Assembly (NCBI GenBank): GCA_965248755.1
Contig: OZ252149.1
Location: forward strand, 288,001-352,000
From: Candidatus Latescibacterota bacterium
GTDB lineage: Bacteria; Latescibacterota; CBDEFO01
Reading direction: 5' to 3'
DNA length: 64,000 nucleotides
Part shown: positions 1-8,671 of the stretch, one piece after another
Numbering within the stretch: position 1 is the first letter of the stretch
Layout: every line of letters begins with the position of its first letter
Notes under the pieces: generated by a model
What the model was told of the DNA's origin: nothing
Database searches by the model: none
The model's input: only the letters and a program-made list of their open reading frames with translations
Translations under genes and position numbers: made by a program

Positions 1-211
1 TAGACATTTTGATTTCTATCCGAGAGTTCTGCTAGAACCATATCCAAAGATTTAATACTTTCCTGAATGTTGCTGGACAGATCCATAGCCCTAATCTGTT
101 GCTCGGCTCGAACTATCTTGAATGGATACTCGAATGAATCACAAGCTTTTCTAATTACGTCAAAAACAAGCTCCCTTTTATCTTCGAGTTCCAATGGCTC
201 TTTTCTAAGTG
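1..211 (-). pseudogene. 5'-truncated fragment of a TIR-like/nucleoside 2-deoxyribosyltransferase-like protein, running off the window edge
   Basis: Manual translation gives ...VFDVIRKACDSFEYPFKIVRAEQQIRAMDLSSNIQESIKSLDMVLAELSDRNQNV, resembling the 'D.V.A.LT..N.NV.YE.G' motif. No start codon is visible before the junction at ~212-224. Confidence 0.4.
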
Positions 212-224
212 AGGGAGCGGTATG

Positions 225-526
225 AAACTCCCATCCCAGATGAAGGGAACCGCTTGGCCCACGGCAATCAAGGTATCCGCTGAATCGCAAAGCAAGAGTT
301 GATAATCCGGGAACATTTCAAACAACAGATGCCAGTGGTAGATATTGCCATGCAGCAGAAAGGGAGGCCAGGCTTCGTTGCACAGTCGGTCGATCTGGTG
401 GCAAAACTCTGGTTTCTGGGCGAAGGTATAAATTGAATACGTCCTATCTTCAGTCCAACTCCGGAGATGAGCAGAAAGCCCGCCCAACGGTCGGTTGTAG
501 TAAGTGTTAGGGCCACGCGTGTTCAT
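225..526 (-). pseudogene. 3'-truncated GNAT-like N-acetyltransferase cassette gene
   Basis: ORF 155..532 has EAWPPFLLHG...FPDYQLLL...IAVGQAVPFIWDG. Family-like sequence stops at WDGS, exactly where a 12-bp IS-end sequence begins. Confidence 0.45.
482..512 (-). other. collapsed (internally deleted) attC-like site
   Basis: Minus strand CCCTAAC-N17-GTTGGGC, 10 bp after the stop of 523..993. Both core sites are present but the site is only 31 bp. Confidence 0.45.
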
Positions 527-993
527 AGCCACCGACGGACAGCTGCCTTGTACTGAAAAAATTCCTCGCCAAATTTGGCCTCCAGGTGACGTTCCTCTCT
601 ACGCACCACCCACAGATCCATCACAAGGAACACTGGTGCCACCAAGATTAAGATCCAACCATTGTTAAGGAGGTTTCCAATGCCCAAGTACAAAAGCGTC
701 AACGATACATAGGAAGGATTACGCGAGAACCGATAGGGTCCCTCCGTAATCAGAGCCGAGGCCGGCTTCCGTACGTCGAACGACGTACCCGCTCGGCGAA
801 AGCGCTTGAGGACGGGTGGCATTATTAGCCCACTAACGAGAATAACAACCGACCCGATGACGTATCTCAAGGAGCCTGATAAAGGCGACGTAGGCCATAG
901 GTAATTGAGCACGGATCCTATAGCGAGCGCCGCCACGTAAATTACTGGCGGCGGAATACGGATTCCAGGCCCTGATGATGCTTCCACGTTCAT
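523..993 (-). CDS. isoprenylcysteine carboxylmethyltransferase (ICMT/PEMT) family membrane protein, integron cassette
   Basis: IPPP N-terminal motif, LITEGPYRFSRNPSY, REERHLEAKFGEEF..YK..VRRWL. Flanked by attC sites. Confidence 0.9.
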   Translation of the reverse strand: MNVEASSGPGIRIPPPVIYVAALAIGSVLNYLWPTSPLSGSLRYVIGSVVILVSGLIMPPVLKRFRRAGTSFDVRKPASALITEGPYRFSRNPSYVSLTLLYLGIGNLLNNGWILILVAPVFLVMDLWVVRREERHLEAKFGEEFFQYKAAVRRWL

Positions 994-1015
994 AAAGTTT
1001 TCGTGCTGGCGCGCG

Positions 1016-1087
1016 CCTTAACGTCCAAGCTCACCTGCTTCTATGAAGAGTAGCGGATTAGCGCTCAGGTGCAGCGTCTTGTTAGGC
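1016..1087 (-). other. attC recombination site
   Basis: Minus strand GCCTAAC AAGACGCTGCACCTG...CAGGTGAGCTTGGAC GTTAAGG. R'' and R' cores plus paired L boxes with an extrahelical base; 72 bp; 2 bp after a TGA. Confidence 0.9.
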
Positions 1088-1364
1088 GCTCATACTGACT
1101 TGTCCAATAACAGTTTCTTAAACACAATATAATGAGTGACTAGAAGGGTAGGAACCCAAAATGATGGTATCCAGTATGAAGCACCCATATATGGCCCAAT
1201 GTTGTGTAGTGCTCCCATAAGAAATGGCGTATGTAAGGTCAATTGTGCCAACCACATTAAACACCCACATAGCTGTTATCTTAAACGGCTTATCTTGCCT
1301 AATTGCATATAAGGCAAACAGCGCCAGTAATGCTGTGTACTGCTTCCCAGGAAAGCGACACCAA

Positions 1365-2228
1365 TTAAGCAACCTGGGGTAGTAGATAAAATTGTTTTCT
1401 CCACTCTTTTGGGGTCTTATATCCCAGGGATGAATGAAGCCTGTTCTTGTTGTAATTATCGATCCACTGAGATATGATCTTCTCAGCCTGTTCAAAGGAT
1501 TCAAACTTGTGAAGCCAAACACACTCTTGCTTGAGGGTCCTGAAAAAACGCTCTACAACACCGTTCCAATCGGGTTTACCACTTGGTATGTATTCCTGAC
1601 GAATTCCCCAATATTCGGTACTGGCCAAATAGGCCCGAGCCAAAAAGATGGAACCATTGTCAGAGCGCAAAGTGAGACCCTGGGGGACAGCCTCCTTGGA
1701 AGTGTATCGAGAGATCACGGCCCGATCCAGGGCATCTGTGGCCTCCAGTGCCCTCCCTTTTCGACTAAAACGATACCCAGGAACCTCCCGGCTTCCGTTG
1801 TCCACCACCGCAATAAGAGGACACCAACCATCTTTTCCACAGTAAATCTTTGTCAAGTCACTCGACCACAAACTGTCGGGACTATCCACCACAGAACGCT
1901 TCTGGGCAACCTGTGGCCCCTTTCTCCCGGGACGATTCCACAGCTTACACTGCCACCCCTTAAGCTTCATTATCCTATGAACCTTCTTAACGTTGACACA
2001 TTCCCCTTCCTTGAAACGAAGATGCGCCCAAACCCGCCTGTGACCAAATGCCTCTTCTTGGTCCAGTATCCCTCGAATACGAAAAGCAAGCTCCTCATCT
2101 ATCACAGGCTCTTTAACAGAAGAACTGACACCTCTATCCCTAAACCTATACAGAGTCGAACGATGCAAACCCAAAGCCAAAGCTACCACCTTGCGGGAAT
2201 AGCCTCGACCCAAAAACCGCCCACTCAA
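1365..2228 (-). CDS. IS3-family transposase OrfB (rve DDE domain)
   Basis: WSSDLT, LRSDNGSIF, NGVVERFFRTLKQE, YN..RLHSSLGYKTP. Confidence 0.95.
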   Translation of the reverse strand: MSGRFLGRGYSRKVVALALGLHRSTLYRFRDRGVSSSVKEPVIDEELAFRIRGILDQEEAFGHRRVWAHLRFKEGECVNVKKVHRIMKLKGWQCKLWNRPGRKGPQVAQKRSVVDSPDSLWSSDLTKIYCGKDGWCPLIAVVDNGSREVPGYRFSRKGRALEATDALDRAVISRYTSKEAVPQGLTLRSDNGSIFLARAYLASTEYWGIRQEYIPSGKPDWNGVVERFFRTLKQECVWLHKFESFEQAEKIISQWIDNYNKNRLHSSLGYKTPKEWRKQFYLLPQVA

Positions 2229-2554
2229 GGCAACCGCTTCGTTTTTTTTAGACGGGCTACCTCTTCGAGTATCTCCAACTGGAGCGTCAACTGCCCTACC
2301 TTGCGCTCCAACCGGCTAACCTCTCGCTCCTTCGGATCCTTGCGACCACGCCGAGACTTCAGACTCTCCTGGCCCCCTTCTAAGAAACTATCACGCCAAG
2401 CATACGCCTGCGACTGGCTAATTCCATTCTTACGACACACCTCAGATAGATCTGCTCCTCTCAAAAGAGCCAACACAATCTCTCCCTTACGGGTCGCCGT
2501 CCAGCGCTTACCATCTTTCACTTCGGGGCTCGACACCTTGACCTCCCTTCTCAA
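2225..2554 (-). CDS. IS3-family transposase OrfA (HTH)
   Basis: RWTATRKGEIVL...EVCRKNGISQSQAYAWR...LERKVGQLTLQLEIL. An A8 run (2242-2249) precedes OrfB in the -1 frame. Confidence 0.9.
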   Translation of the reverse strand: MRREVKVSSPEVKDGKRWTATRKGEIVLALLRGADLSEVCRKNGISQSQAYAWRDSFLEGGQESLKSRRGRKDPKEREVSRLERKVGQLTLQLEILEEVARLKKTKRLP

Positions 2555-2877
2555 ACCCCAATTTGCGAAATATTTGTCGCTCTGTCAAGGGGAGCGGTAT
2601 GGCTGATATAAAGTCACCAATCCCAGAAGGGTACGCAAATTGTGGGGGCATGCCTTCATACACCGCACCAGATGTCATAAACATAAGACCAAGATGTCTC
2701 AGCGAATGCAATATCAATATTGGAACAAATATAGCTGCAGCAGATATTTCTTTTAACTTTGGCATCAAATATATCATTGCTGCCCAGTAAAATATGATCG
2801 TACTCAGTGCTAAATTAAATGGCAGGATTCTATCTAAAATAATCTGATCCAATATCATCTCCTTCGTTCTTGTTTGC

Positions 2878-2915
2878 GCCTAATTAGGACTTGTGCAGTT
2901 TTCTAGGCTAAGAAC
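2878..2915 (-). other. attI-like site downstream of intI 3' remnant (copy 1)
   Basis: Minus strand GTTCTTAG...ACTGCACAAGTCCTA-ATTAGGC, 19 bp before a cassette ATG with a GAAGGAG RBS. The motif layout is shared with 17009-17051. Confidence 0.55.
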
Positions 2916-3053
2916 CTATATACAGCTATGTGAGCTATATAAGACCCCACTGAAATATTAAGAAGAAACCTGCAATATTAAAAATATCATTCTGTTGAGT
3001 ATAATTAGCATAAGTCTTGTAGGAATTATATACAGACTGTATAAAACCCCAAT

Positions 3054-3146
3054 TCAACGGTTTAGAACGTGAGTATAAATCATTGTCGTTTTGACATCCT
3101 TATGGCCGAGTAATTCCTGAACTGTGCGAATATCATCACCATCTCC
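3054..3146 (-). pseudogene. intI: integron integrase C-terminal remnant
   Basis: Translates [30 protein letters not shown], the characteristic IntI C-terminus. Confidence 0.85.
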
Positions 3147-3187
3147 CAAGCCGCCTTGCGCGGCGCAGCGCTAACTTGACGTTACAC
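3147..3187 (-). other. partial attC (R'' half only) fused to the intI remnant
   Basis: Minus strand GTGTAAC GTCAAGTTAGCGCTGCGCCGCGCAAGGCGGC, downstream of the cyclase stop. No R' is present. Confidence 0.5.
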
Positions 3188-3240
3188 GCTGTCCTGAAGT
3201 TCATCGAATAGTCGAGTAATGAAAAACTATGGACGACATC

Positions 3241-4287
3241 TCAGGACCTCAGATTTACGCCATATATCTCTACCTTTTCCATCCTTCCGCGCAACTCCAC
3301 GGCTCCGAGAAGAACAAAATCAAGCTCTGCATCCTGCAGGAGTTGCTCTTTCACGTAAGTAGAGACCAAAAGGGATTCGTTGTATTTATTGCATTCTCCC
3401 TGAATTCTGGCAGCCGTATTCAAAACATCGCTCAGATAAGCGATATCTCTTTTTACATCTCCTACCTCCGCTACAGTAACTGGACCTGTATTTATGCCGG
3501 CCTTAAATTCGGGGATGATTCCGTAATTTTCATTGTAATAGGTTGATTTTGACTTCAATTCCCTCTGAAACTCAAAGAATACCATTATACAGTTTTTATT
3601 TCTAATGCCATCCTCAATTGTCCAAGTAAGTATCACTTCATCTCCGACATATTGGTATATCTCGACATCATGCTTTCGCACGGCGTTTGTGAGGTCACTG
3701 AAACAGTCCTGTATCAGTTTGGAAAACTGGATATGTCCAAGTCGTTCGGCATGAGTGGTTGACGATTTCAGATCCAAAAACATAAATATGCGCTTTTCTT
3801 CTCTTGGGAAGTGATATTTACCCATCATAAGATTTATCAGTACCCGTTTCCCCACCATGTTTCCCATCTGGTCAAAAAACGATACTACAGCAGTAGCTGT
3901 GACTAAGTAGGCTAAGGCTACAATGGCAGGTGGCTTAGCAACTCTTCTTGCAAACGAAGGCAACAATTCTGACCAAGAACTTTGGTCTTGAATTATTACC
4001 AGCATTCTTGAAGCGAAAACTAATATTACCATCGATAAGAAAACGATAATGGCTCTATACACAATTATGTAAACATATGATTTTCTGCGAACACTGGGTC
4101 TTTCAGATAGACCCAAGCTGAACCAGTATGATATACCCAGCAATACACTTGCAAATATCCACATCGAAACGAGGGCTTTATTCGTAGATGCCCAGTCAGG
4201 TCTGGATTCGGAACCCACAAATCGAACCAGTAAGTATAAAGCGCTGACTATACTCCAAACGATGATACTTGAGACAACACTTTTCAT
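3241..4287 (-). CDS. membrane-anchored class III adenylate/guanylate cyclase, integron cassette
   Basis: N-terminal TM helices; FMFLDLKSST, YQYVGDEV, FKAGINTG, DVLNTAARIQ, LRGR. Confidence 0.92.
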   Translation of the reverse strand: MKSVVSSIIVWSIVSALYLLVRFVGSESRPDWASTNKALVSMWIFASVLLGISYWFSLGLSERPSVRRKSYVYIIVYRAIIVFLSMVILVFASRMLVIIQDQSSWSELLPSFARRVAKPPAIVALAYLVTATAVVSFFDQMGNMVGKRVLINLMMGKYHFPREEKRIFMFLDLKSSTTHAERLGHIQFSKLIQDCFSDLTNAVRKHDVEIYQYVGDEVILTWTIEDGIRNKNCIMVFFEFQRELKSKSTYYNENYGIIPEFKAGINTGPVTVAEVGDVKRDIAYLSDVLNTAARIQGECNKYNESLLVSTYVKEQLLQDAELDFVLLGAVELRGRMEKVEIYGVNLRS

Positions 4288-4371
4288 GCGTGTGCTTCCT
4301 TTAAGCTTAGTTTATGTACTACCTGTTACACATCCGAAGTAAATAGGAAGAATGGTCGGTTAATTAATCGC

Positions 4372-4434
4372 CTCTAACGTTTCGAGCATTCGCGAACCGC
4401 GAAGCGGTCGGTCAGCTGCATCCCGCTGTTAGGC
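4372..4434 (-). other. attC recombination site
   Basis: Minus strand GCCTAAC AGCGGGATGCAGCTGACCGACCGCTTCGCGGT...AAAC GTTAGAG, 63 bp, 6 bp after a TAG. Confidence 0.8.
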
Positions 4435-4440
4435 CGTGAC

Positions 4441-4630
4441 CTACTTATACTCCGGTTTGTAGCGCGGCTCATAGAGCTCGGCTACGACTCCGCCTGGCAT
4501 CCGACATTGAGTGATGAGGCAGAAACCAGCATCCGTGATTTTGTCTGCGAACTCTACGCTTCGCCTACAAGTCAGCAACGGTTCGGGCCAGATCGTCGCC
4601 GTAGAAGGAGATGCCGTATGTTCCAGCGGA
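4441..4630 (-). pseudogene. VOC/glyoxalase-family cassette gene, 3' fragment
   Basis: YGISFYGDDLARTVADL* ... EFADKITDAGFCLITQCRMPGGVVAELYEPRYK, with a stop and a frameshift. Abuts attC. Confidence 0.6.
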
Positions 4631-4677
4631 AGAACCTATTTCCACGGTTTCAACACTTTTTGACACTATGATATCCA

Positions 4678-5706
4678 TTAAAAACCGGCCTTTAGATCAC
4701 ACACATTCAATAAAGGCTCACCGGCAAGATAGCGCCGGAGATTATCTTTGAATATCTGCCCACGACGCACCCAGAGCTGCGGAGAGTGTGCGGATACATG
4801 GGGAGTTAAGAGCACATTGGGCATATCCCACAAGGGACTATCAGAAGGCGGAGGCTCCTGGGCCAAAACGTCCAATCCAGCTCCTGCGACGTGTCCCGAT
4901 CGAAGGGCATCGATCAGAGCCTCTTCGTCTACGATCCCCCCTCTTGATATCACGATGATATGAGCGCCCGGCTTGATGCGCTCGATACACCGGCGGTCAA
5001 TCATATTACGGCTCTCAGCAGTATAGGGAGCAGTAACAACCAACCAGTCGGATAGCGACAGGAGGTCGTCCAAGCGTTCCATGCCCCAGACTTCGCGGAC
5101 ACCCGGCGGTGGCGATATTGGGTGAATATCGACAGCGTAAACGTCCATATCGAAGCCACGCGCTCGCTGAGCAATGGCCTTGCCCACATCGCCCAACGCA
5201 ACTACCCCCATAGTAGTACCTGCCAATTCTATCATCACATCCATGTAATTTTGTGTATCCCAACGATGAGCTTTTTGGTCGGCTATGAGTTCGGGAATGT
5301 GGTGCGCAAACGCCAGGATCATAGCAAAGGTATGATCCGCCATAGGGATGACGTGCGTGCCCACAGCGTTAGTAAAGACGATATCGCTTTCAACGATTTC
5401 CGGTACTTCTTTCAAAATCTTGTCAAAACCCATACCAATACAATGGAACCAGCGCAGGCAATTTGCTGCCTGGAAGGCTCCTTGGCTGATCAATCCAAAC
5501 TGGACTTCAGCGTCAACTACCTCTTTTACCTCATCCTCAAGGTTGTAGGCGGGTCGGAAATCGACATCCGGGAAAGTTTCCCGTAAATCTCGGACGAATT
5601 CCTCACCTAAATCAAAAGCCAATACGATCTTCATAAGCCAATCCTCATCACCAATACCGGGAGAATCCATTTCCATAATTTCAACACTTTCTGTGAATTC
5701 GATCAT
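4678..5706 (-). CDS. D-2-hydroxyacid dehydrogenase
   Basis: ALGDVGKAIA, ISRGGIVDE, AGAGLDV..QEP, NVLLTPHVS. The true start may be MKIVLA (~5634). Confidence 0.92.
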   Translation of the reverse strand: MIEFTESVEIMEMDSPGIGDEDWLMKIVLAFDLGEEFVRDLRETFPDVDFRPAYNLEDEVKEVVDAEVQFGLISQGAFQAANCLRWFHCIGMGFDKILKEVPEIVESDIVFTNAVGTHVIPMADHTFAMILAFAHHIPELIADQKAHRWDTQNYMDVMIELAGTTMGVVALGDVGKAIAQRARGFDMDVYAVDIHPISPPPGVREVWGMERLDDLLSLSDWLVVTAPYTAESRNMIDRRCIERIKPGAHIIVISRGGIVDEEALIDALRSGHVAGAGLDVLAQEPPPSDSPLWDMPNVLLTPHVSAHSPQLWVRRGQIFKDNLRRYLAGEPLLNVCDLKAGF

Positions 5707-5707
5707 A

Positions 5708-5865
5708 CCATTTAGAACCGCACTTTAGAGCACACACATTCAATGAAGCGTCGCTGGCAAGATACCGTTGGAGATTATCTTTCGATATCTTATTAGGACC
5801 TTCACAGTTTTGGGGCGACTCGACAGAAGCATCGGGAGATAACGACACACAAGGTATATTCATAG
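5708..5865 (-). pseudogene. decayed 3' end of a tandem D-2-hydroxyacid dehydrogenase paralog
   Basis: ISKDNLQRYLASDASLNVCALKCG matches IFKDNLRRYLAGEPLLNVCDLKAG of the adjacent gene. DNA 5712-5790 resembles 4678-4756. Confidence 0.7.
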
Positions 5866-6124
5866 AAAAGCGCGCCGTCCTGTTACGGCCACGAAGCCTC
5901 AAGCTAGTCCGCTATCACGGCGTCCTGGCTCCAAACGCCAGCATCCGGGACCAGCTCGCACCCGCCCAGACTGTATGAGATCAGCCAGCGCTGACACAGC
6001 AGAACGATGACCCCATCCGGGGACGACAACTGCATCGCCTCGTCTGACCCGCCTTACTGGCCAGTGTCTGCGCCATCTACGTCGCTGTCCGCCCAGCCCG
6101 TGCAGGCCGCCTCGAGATCCACTT

Positions 6125-6337
6125 TTGTGCGATGATCTCGACTTCGTCTTGATCTGTACGCCCCGCGGCGGGCAATTGGAGCCAGCACTCGCCGCCGATC
6201 CGCGTGCGATTATGCGTGACAACCATCGCCGTCAAATGGAGAGTATCATACACAGTGTTGAAACTGAGGCGCTACCCCTTTGCGATGAGCGTCAGCGGTT
6301 CAAGGCAGTCGAGATTGTCCTGTTGTGTATAAATTGA
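6125..6337 (+). pseudogene. internally deleted Gfo/Idh/MocA oxidoreductase remnant
   Basis: DLDFVLICTP (N-domain motif) joined to NHRRQMESIIHSVET..PLCDERQ.FKAVEIVL (C-terminal-like). Confidence 0.4.
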
Positions 6338-6372
6338 GTCAGGGTGTACGGATTGTCAACTTACCGCTCCAG

Positions 6373-7287
6373 TCACAGGCCAGGCACGTAACCTTGTCCC
6401 CATTGTTCTTGCCGCGGCTCACGGAAATCCCCGGACAGCGGCATGATCCCGTTCTGGCCCCCGTCGGAGATGAACGTCTGGCCAATGATATACCGCGCAT
6501 CCTCAGACGCCATAAAGACAGCCAACCGTCCAATGTCCCAGGGGTCTCCAATGATACCCGCGGGAATCGTGCGACCGGCAGCTTCCGGGTCCAAGTCCTT
6601 CAGTACTTTTAGATGGTTTTCCACGAGAATCCAACCCGGTGCAATCGCGTTAACGCGAATGCCCTTGGGCGCCAGTTCCAACGCCAGAACACGTGTGAAA
6701 GCAACGATTGCCGCTTTGGTTCCGGCGTAAACCGTATGCTCGGTCATTCCAGTGAACGCATGCACCGAACTCAGGTTGATCACCACACCGTGACCCTGTT
6801 CGATCATAGCAGGAACTGCCGACTGGGTCGCAAAGAACATAGCACGTATATTTACGTGGTAGAGCGTGTCGAATTGCTCGGGCGTCACCTGCAGGAATGG
6901 CTTGTTCATCGTGATGCCTGCGTTGTTCACAATGATATCGATCCCGCCTAGAAACTCCATCGCCGTTGAGACCAATCCCCGAACCTGATGGATGTCACAG
7001 AAATCCGCCTTGAATGCCTCTGCCTTTCCGCCGTCGCGCTTGATTTCATCTACTGCCGTACTGGCTCCTGTCTCGCTGTGAGCATAATGGAGAACGACGG
7101 CAGCTCCTTCCTTCGCAAACTCCAGCGCGACGCCCCTGCCAATTCCGGTGCCCGAACCCGTCACGAGCACACGTTTGCCTGCCATCTTTTTCGTCTGTGT
7201 GATCTTGCACCTCCTGTTGAAAATAGGATTGCCAACATCTATCCGACAATAATAGAACGCCTCAAACCAGATAGATTGGGATTCCAC
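6373..7287 (-). CDS. short-chain dehydrogenase/reductase (SDR)
   Basis: VTGSGTGIG, NNAG, YAGTK, RVNAIAPG. The start may be MAGKRV (~7185). Confidence 0.95.
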   Translation of the reverse strand: MESQSIWFEAFYYCRIDVGNPIFNRRCKITQTKKMAGKRVLVTGSGTGIGRGVALEFAKEGAAVVLHYAHSETGASTAVDEIKRDGGKAEAFKADFCDIHQVRGLVSTAMEFLGGIDIIVNNAGITMNKPFLQVTPEQFDTLYHVNIRAMFFATQSAVPAMIEQGHGVVINLSSVHAFTGMTEHTVYAGTKAAIVAFTRVLALELAPKGIRVNAIAPGWILVENHLKVLKDLDPEAAGRTIPAGIIGDPWDIGRLAVFMASEDARYIIGQTFISDGGQNGIMPLSGDFREPRQEQWGQGYVPGL

Positions 7288-7328
7288 CTTCTAACTGTCC
7301 AGAGAGCTCTAACTCCTGTCACTACAGC

Positions 7329-8552
7329 TTATCCTAAGTGGTATTTCGCAATGCCAAACAGCCTCGCCGCGTTGCCGCCGAGAATCAGGTCTTTTTCTTC
7401 CTGCGACAGGAAATCGCAGTGCAGGCGAATGAAATCCAATGCCTGGCGGTACGTGCACCACATGGCCATGCCGTACGGACTGTCCGTTCCCCAAAGCAGT
7501 TTGTGAGCGCCTACCTGATTGCGCAATTGCTCAAGTTGTTTCTGGCCAAGCGGATACGGATAGTCCGGTGACTTGGCGGGAAACAAAACCTCCGCATAGA
7601 TGTTTGGGCGATCCAGCAATGCAATCACTTCATCGGGGATGCCGATGTCATGAATAATCGCGGCCGGGACAAGTCCATGTGTGATGACCGACTGAATATC
7701 AGGATGTCTCCGGGCCCATTCATCAAACTCAGCCACTCGCCTCATGAACATATCGACGCGATCAATCGTCCGGTCGTCGAGGTACCAGAAAATCGGAATC
7801 TCGAGTTTCCGCACGAGGCCCCACAAGGGGTCGAATTTCGGGTCGTTGAGTATGAAATGCTGCTGCAACACTGAGAAAGGCTCGACGCTGAAGTACAAAC
7901 CTTTGCTGCCGTACTCAGAGATCGCCCGTTCTACGTCCCCCAGGCGCCTGGGGTTGTCGGCCTCCGGTTCCCAAATCTGCGCCAGCCCGATGAATCGGCC
8001 AGGGTGATCTTTCATCGCCTGGCCGAAGTATTCGTTTAAATCGCCGTAGACGTGATCGGGTTGGAGGACACCCGTATCGACCCCAGCCAGATTCATCTCG
8101 GCGACCATACGCTGCGGCGGGGCTTCATTGTTAGCGAGGCTGGGCGGGTAAAGCTGCATGACGTAATCCACCCCGGCAACTGTGATTTCTGCCTGTCCAT
8201 AGTCGGTCAGACGGAAATTAACTTTCGGCATATCGTCTATCTTGTAGGACTCAAACTGCAGAAACTTTTCGGTGACGCGCGTGCCGTCGTCCTTTCGCCA
8301 GAAGTTGTTAGATTCGCGCAAGTGAATCTGCCAGAATTTCAGGAACAGCTCTGGGTCGATCCCCTTGCGCTGCGAGCCAAGCCGGGGAAAGATGTGGTAG
8401 TGCGCGTCGATGATCTTGCTTCGCTTCTGGTTCTTCGAAGCACCCTCGATCACCCAGCCCCCGCCGGTGAATACCATCTTGCCCTCTTTTGTCATGCTAT
8501 CTCTCCGGGAACCTATCCGCATAACGCTTGGCTGGACCCTCCACACCTTCAA
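7329..8552 (-). CDS. amidohydrolase family (Amidohydro_2) protein
   Basis: IIDAHYH, ITHG, LLWGTDSP, LILGGNAARLF. Confidence 0.9.
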   Translation of the reverse strand: MKVWRVQPSVMRIGSRRDSMTKEGKMVFTGGGWVIEGASKNQKRSKIIDAHYHIFPRLGSQRKGIDPELFLKFWQIHLRESNNFWRKDDGTRVTEKFLQFESYKIDDMPKVNFRLTDYGQAEITVAGVDYVMQLYPPSLANNEAPPQRMVAEMNLAGVDTGVLQPDHVYGDLNEYFGQAMKDHPGRFIGLAQIWEPEADNPRRLGDVERAISEYGSKGLYFSVEPFSVLQQHFILNDPKFDPLWGLVRKLEIPIFWYLDDRTIDRVDMFMRRVAEFDEWARRHPDIQSVITHGLVPAAIIHDIGIPDEVIALLDRPNIYAEVLFPAKSPDYPYPLGQKQLEQLRNQVGAHKLLWGTDSPYGMAMWCTYRQALDFIRLHCDFLSQEEKDLILGGNAARLFGIAKYHLG

Positions 8553-8671
8553 CTATCAAAGCCTCCCGGAACTGCTTGACTTCCCCACCGAAAAGGCCCC
8601 CTATCTTTCCTGATACGTTTTGGGAGATCCTACAGACGACAATGTGTAGGGACATGGAGTGTTCTCTTGCT

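Larger units (their letters stand above)
1336..2601 (-). mobile_element. IS3-family insertion sequence (1266 bp)
   Basis: Imperfect IRs TGTACTGCTTCCC...AAGCGACA and TGTCGCT...GGGGAGCGGTATG. 4-bp target duplication GCTG at 1332-1335 and 2602-2605. orfA/orfB organisation. Confidence 0.9.
1090..2858 (-). pseudogene. membrane protein cassette gene interrupted by IS3, with an additional frameshift
   Basis: N-part MILDQ...PPQFAYPSGIGDFIS (2858-2602) rejoins A-LLALFAL...VGTIDL (1335 downward) when the IS is removed. The C-terminus YMGASYWIPSFWVPTLLVTH...* ends at 1090 in another frame. Confidence 0.8.

Noticed and set aside
1434..2606. 390-aa plus-strand ORF spanning the IS3
   Set aside because: Antisense shadow of the transposase with no recognisable motifs.
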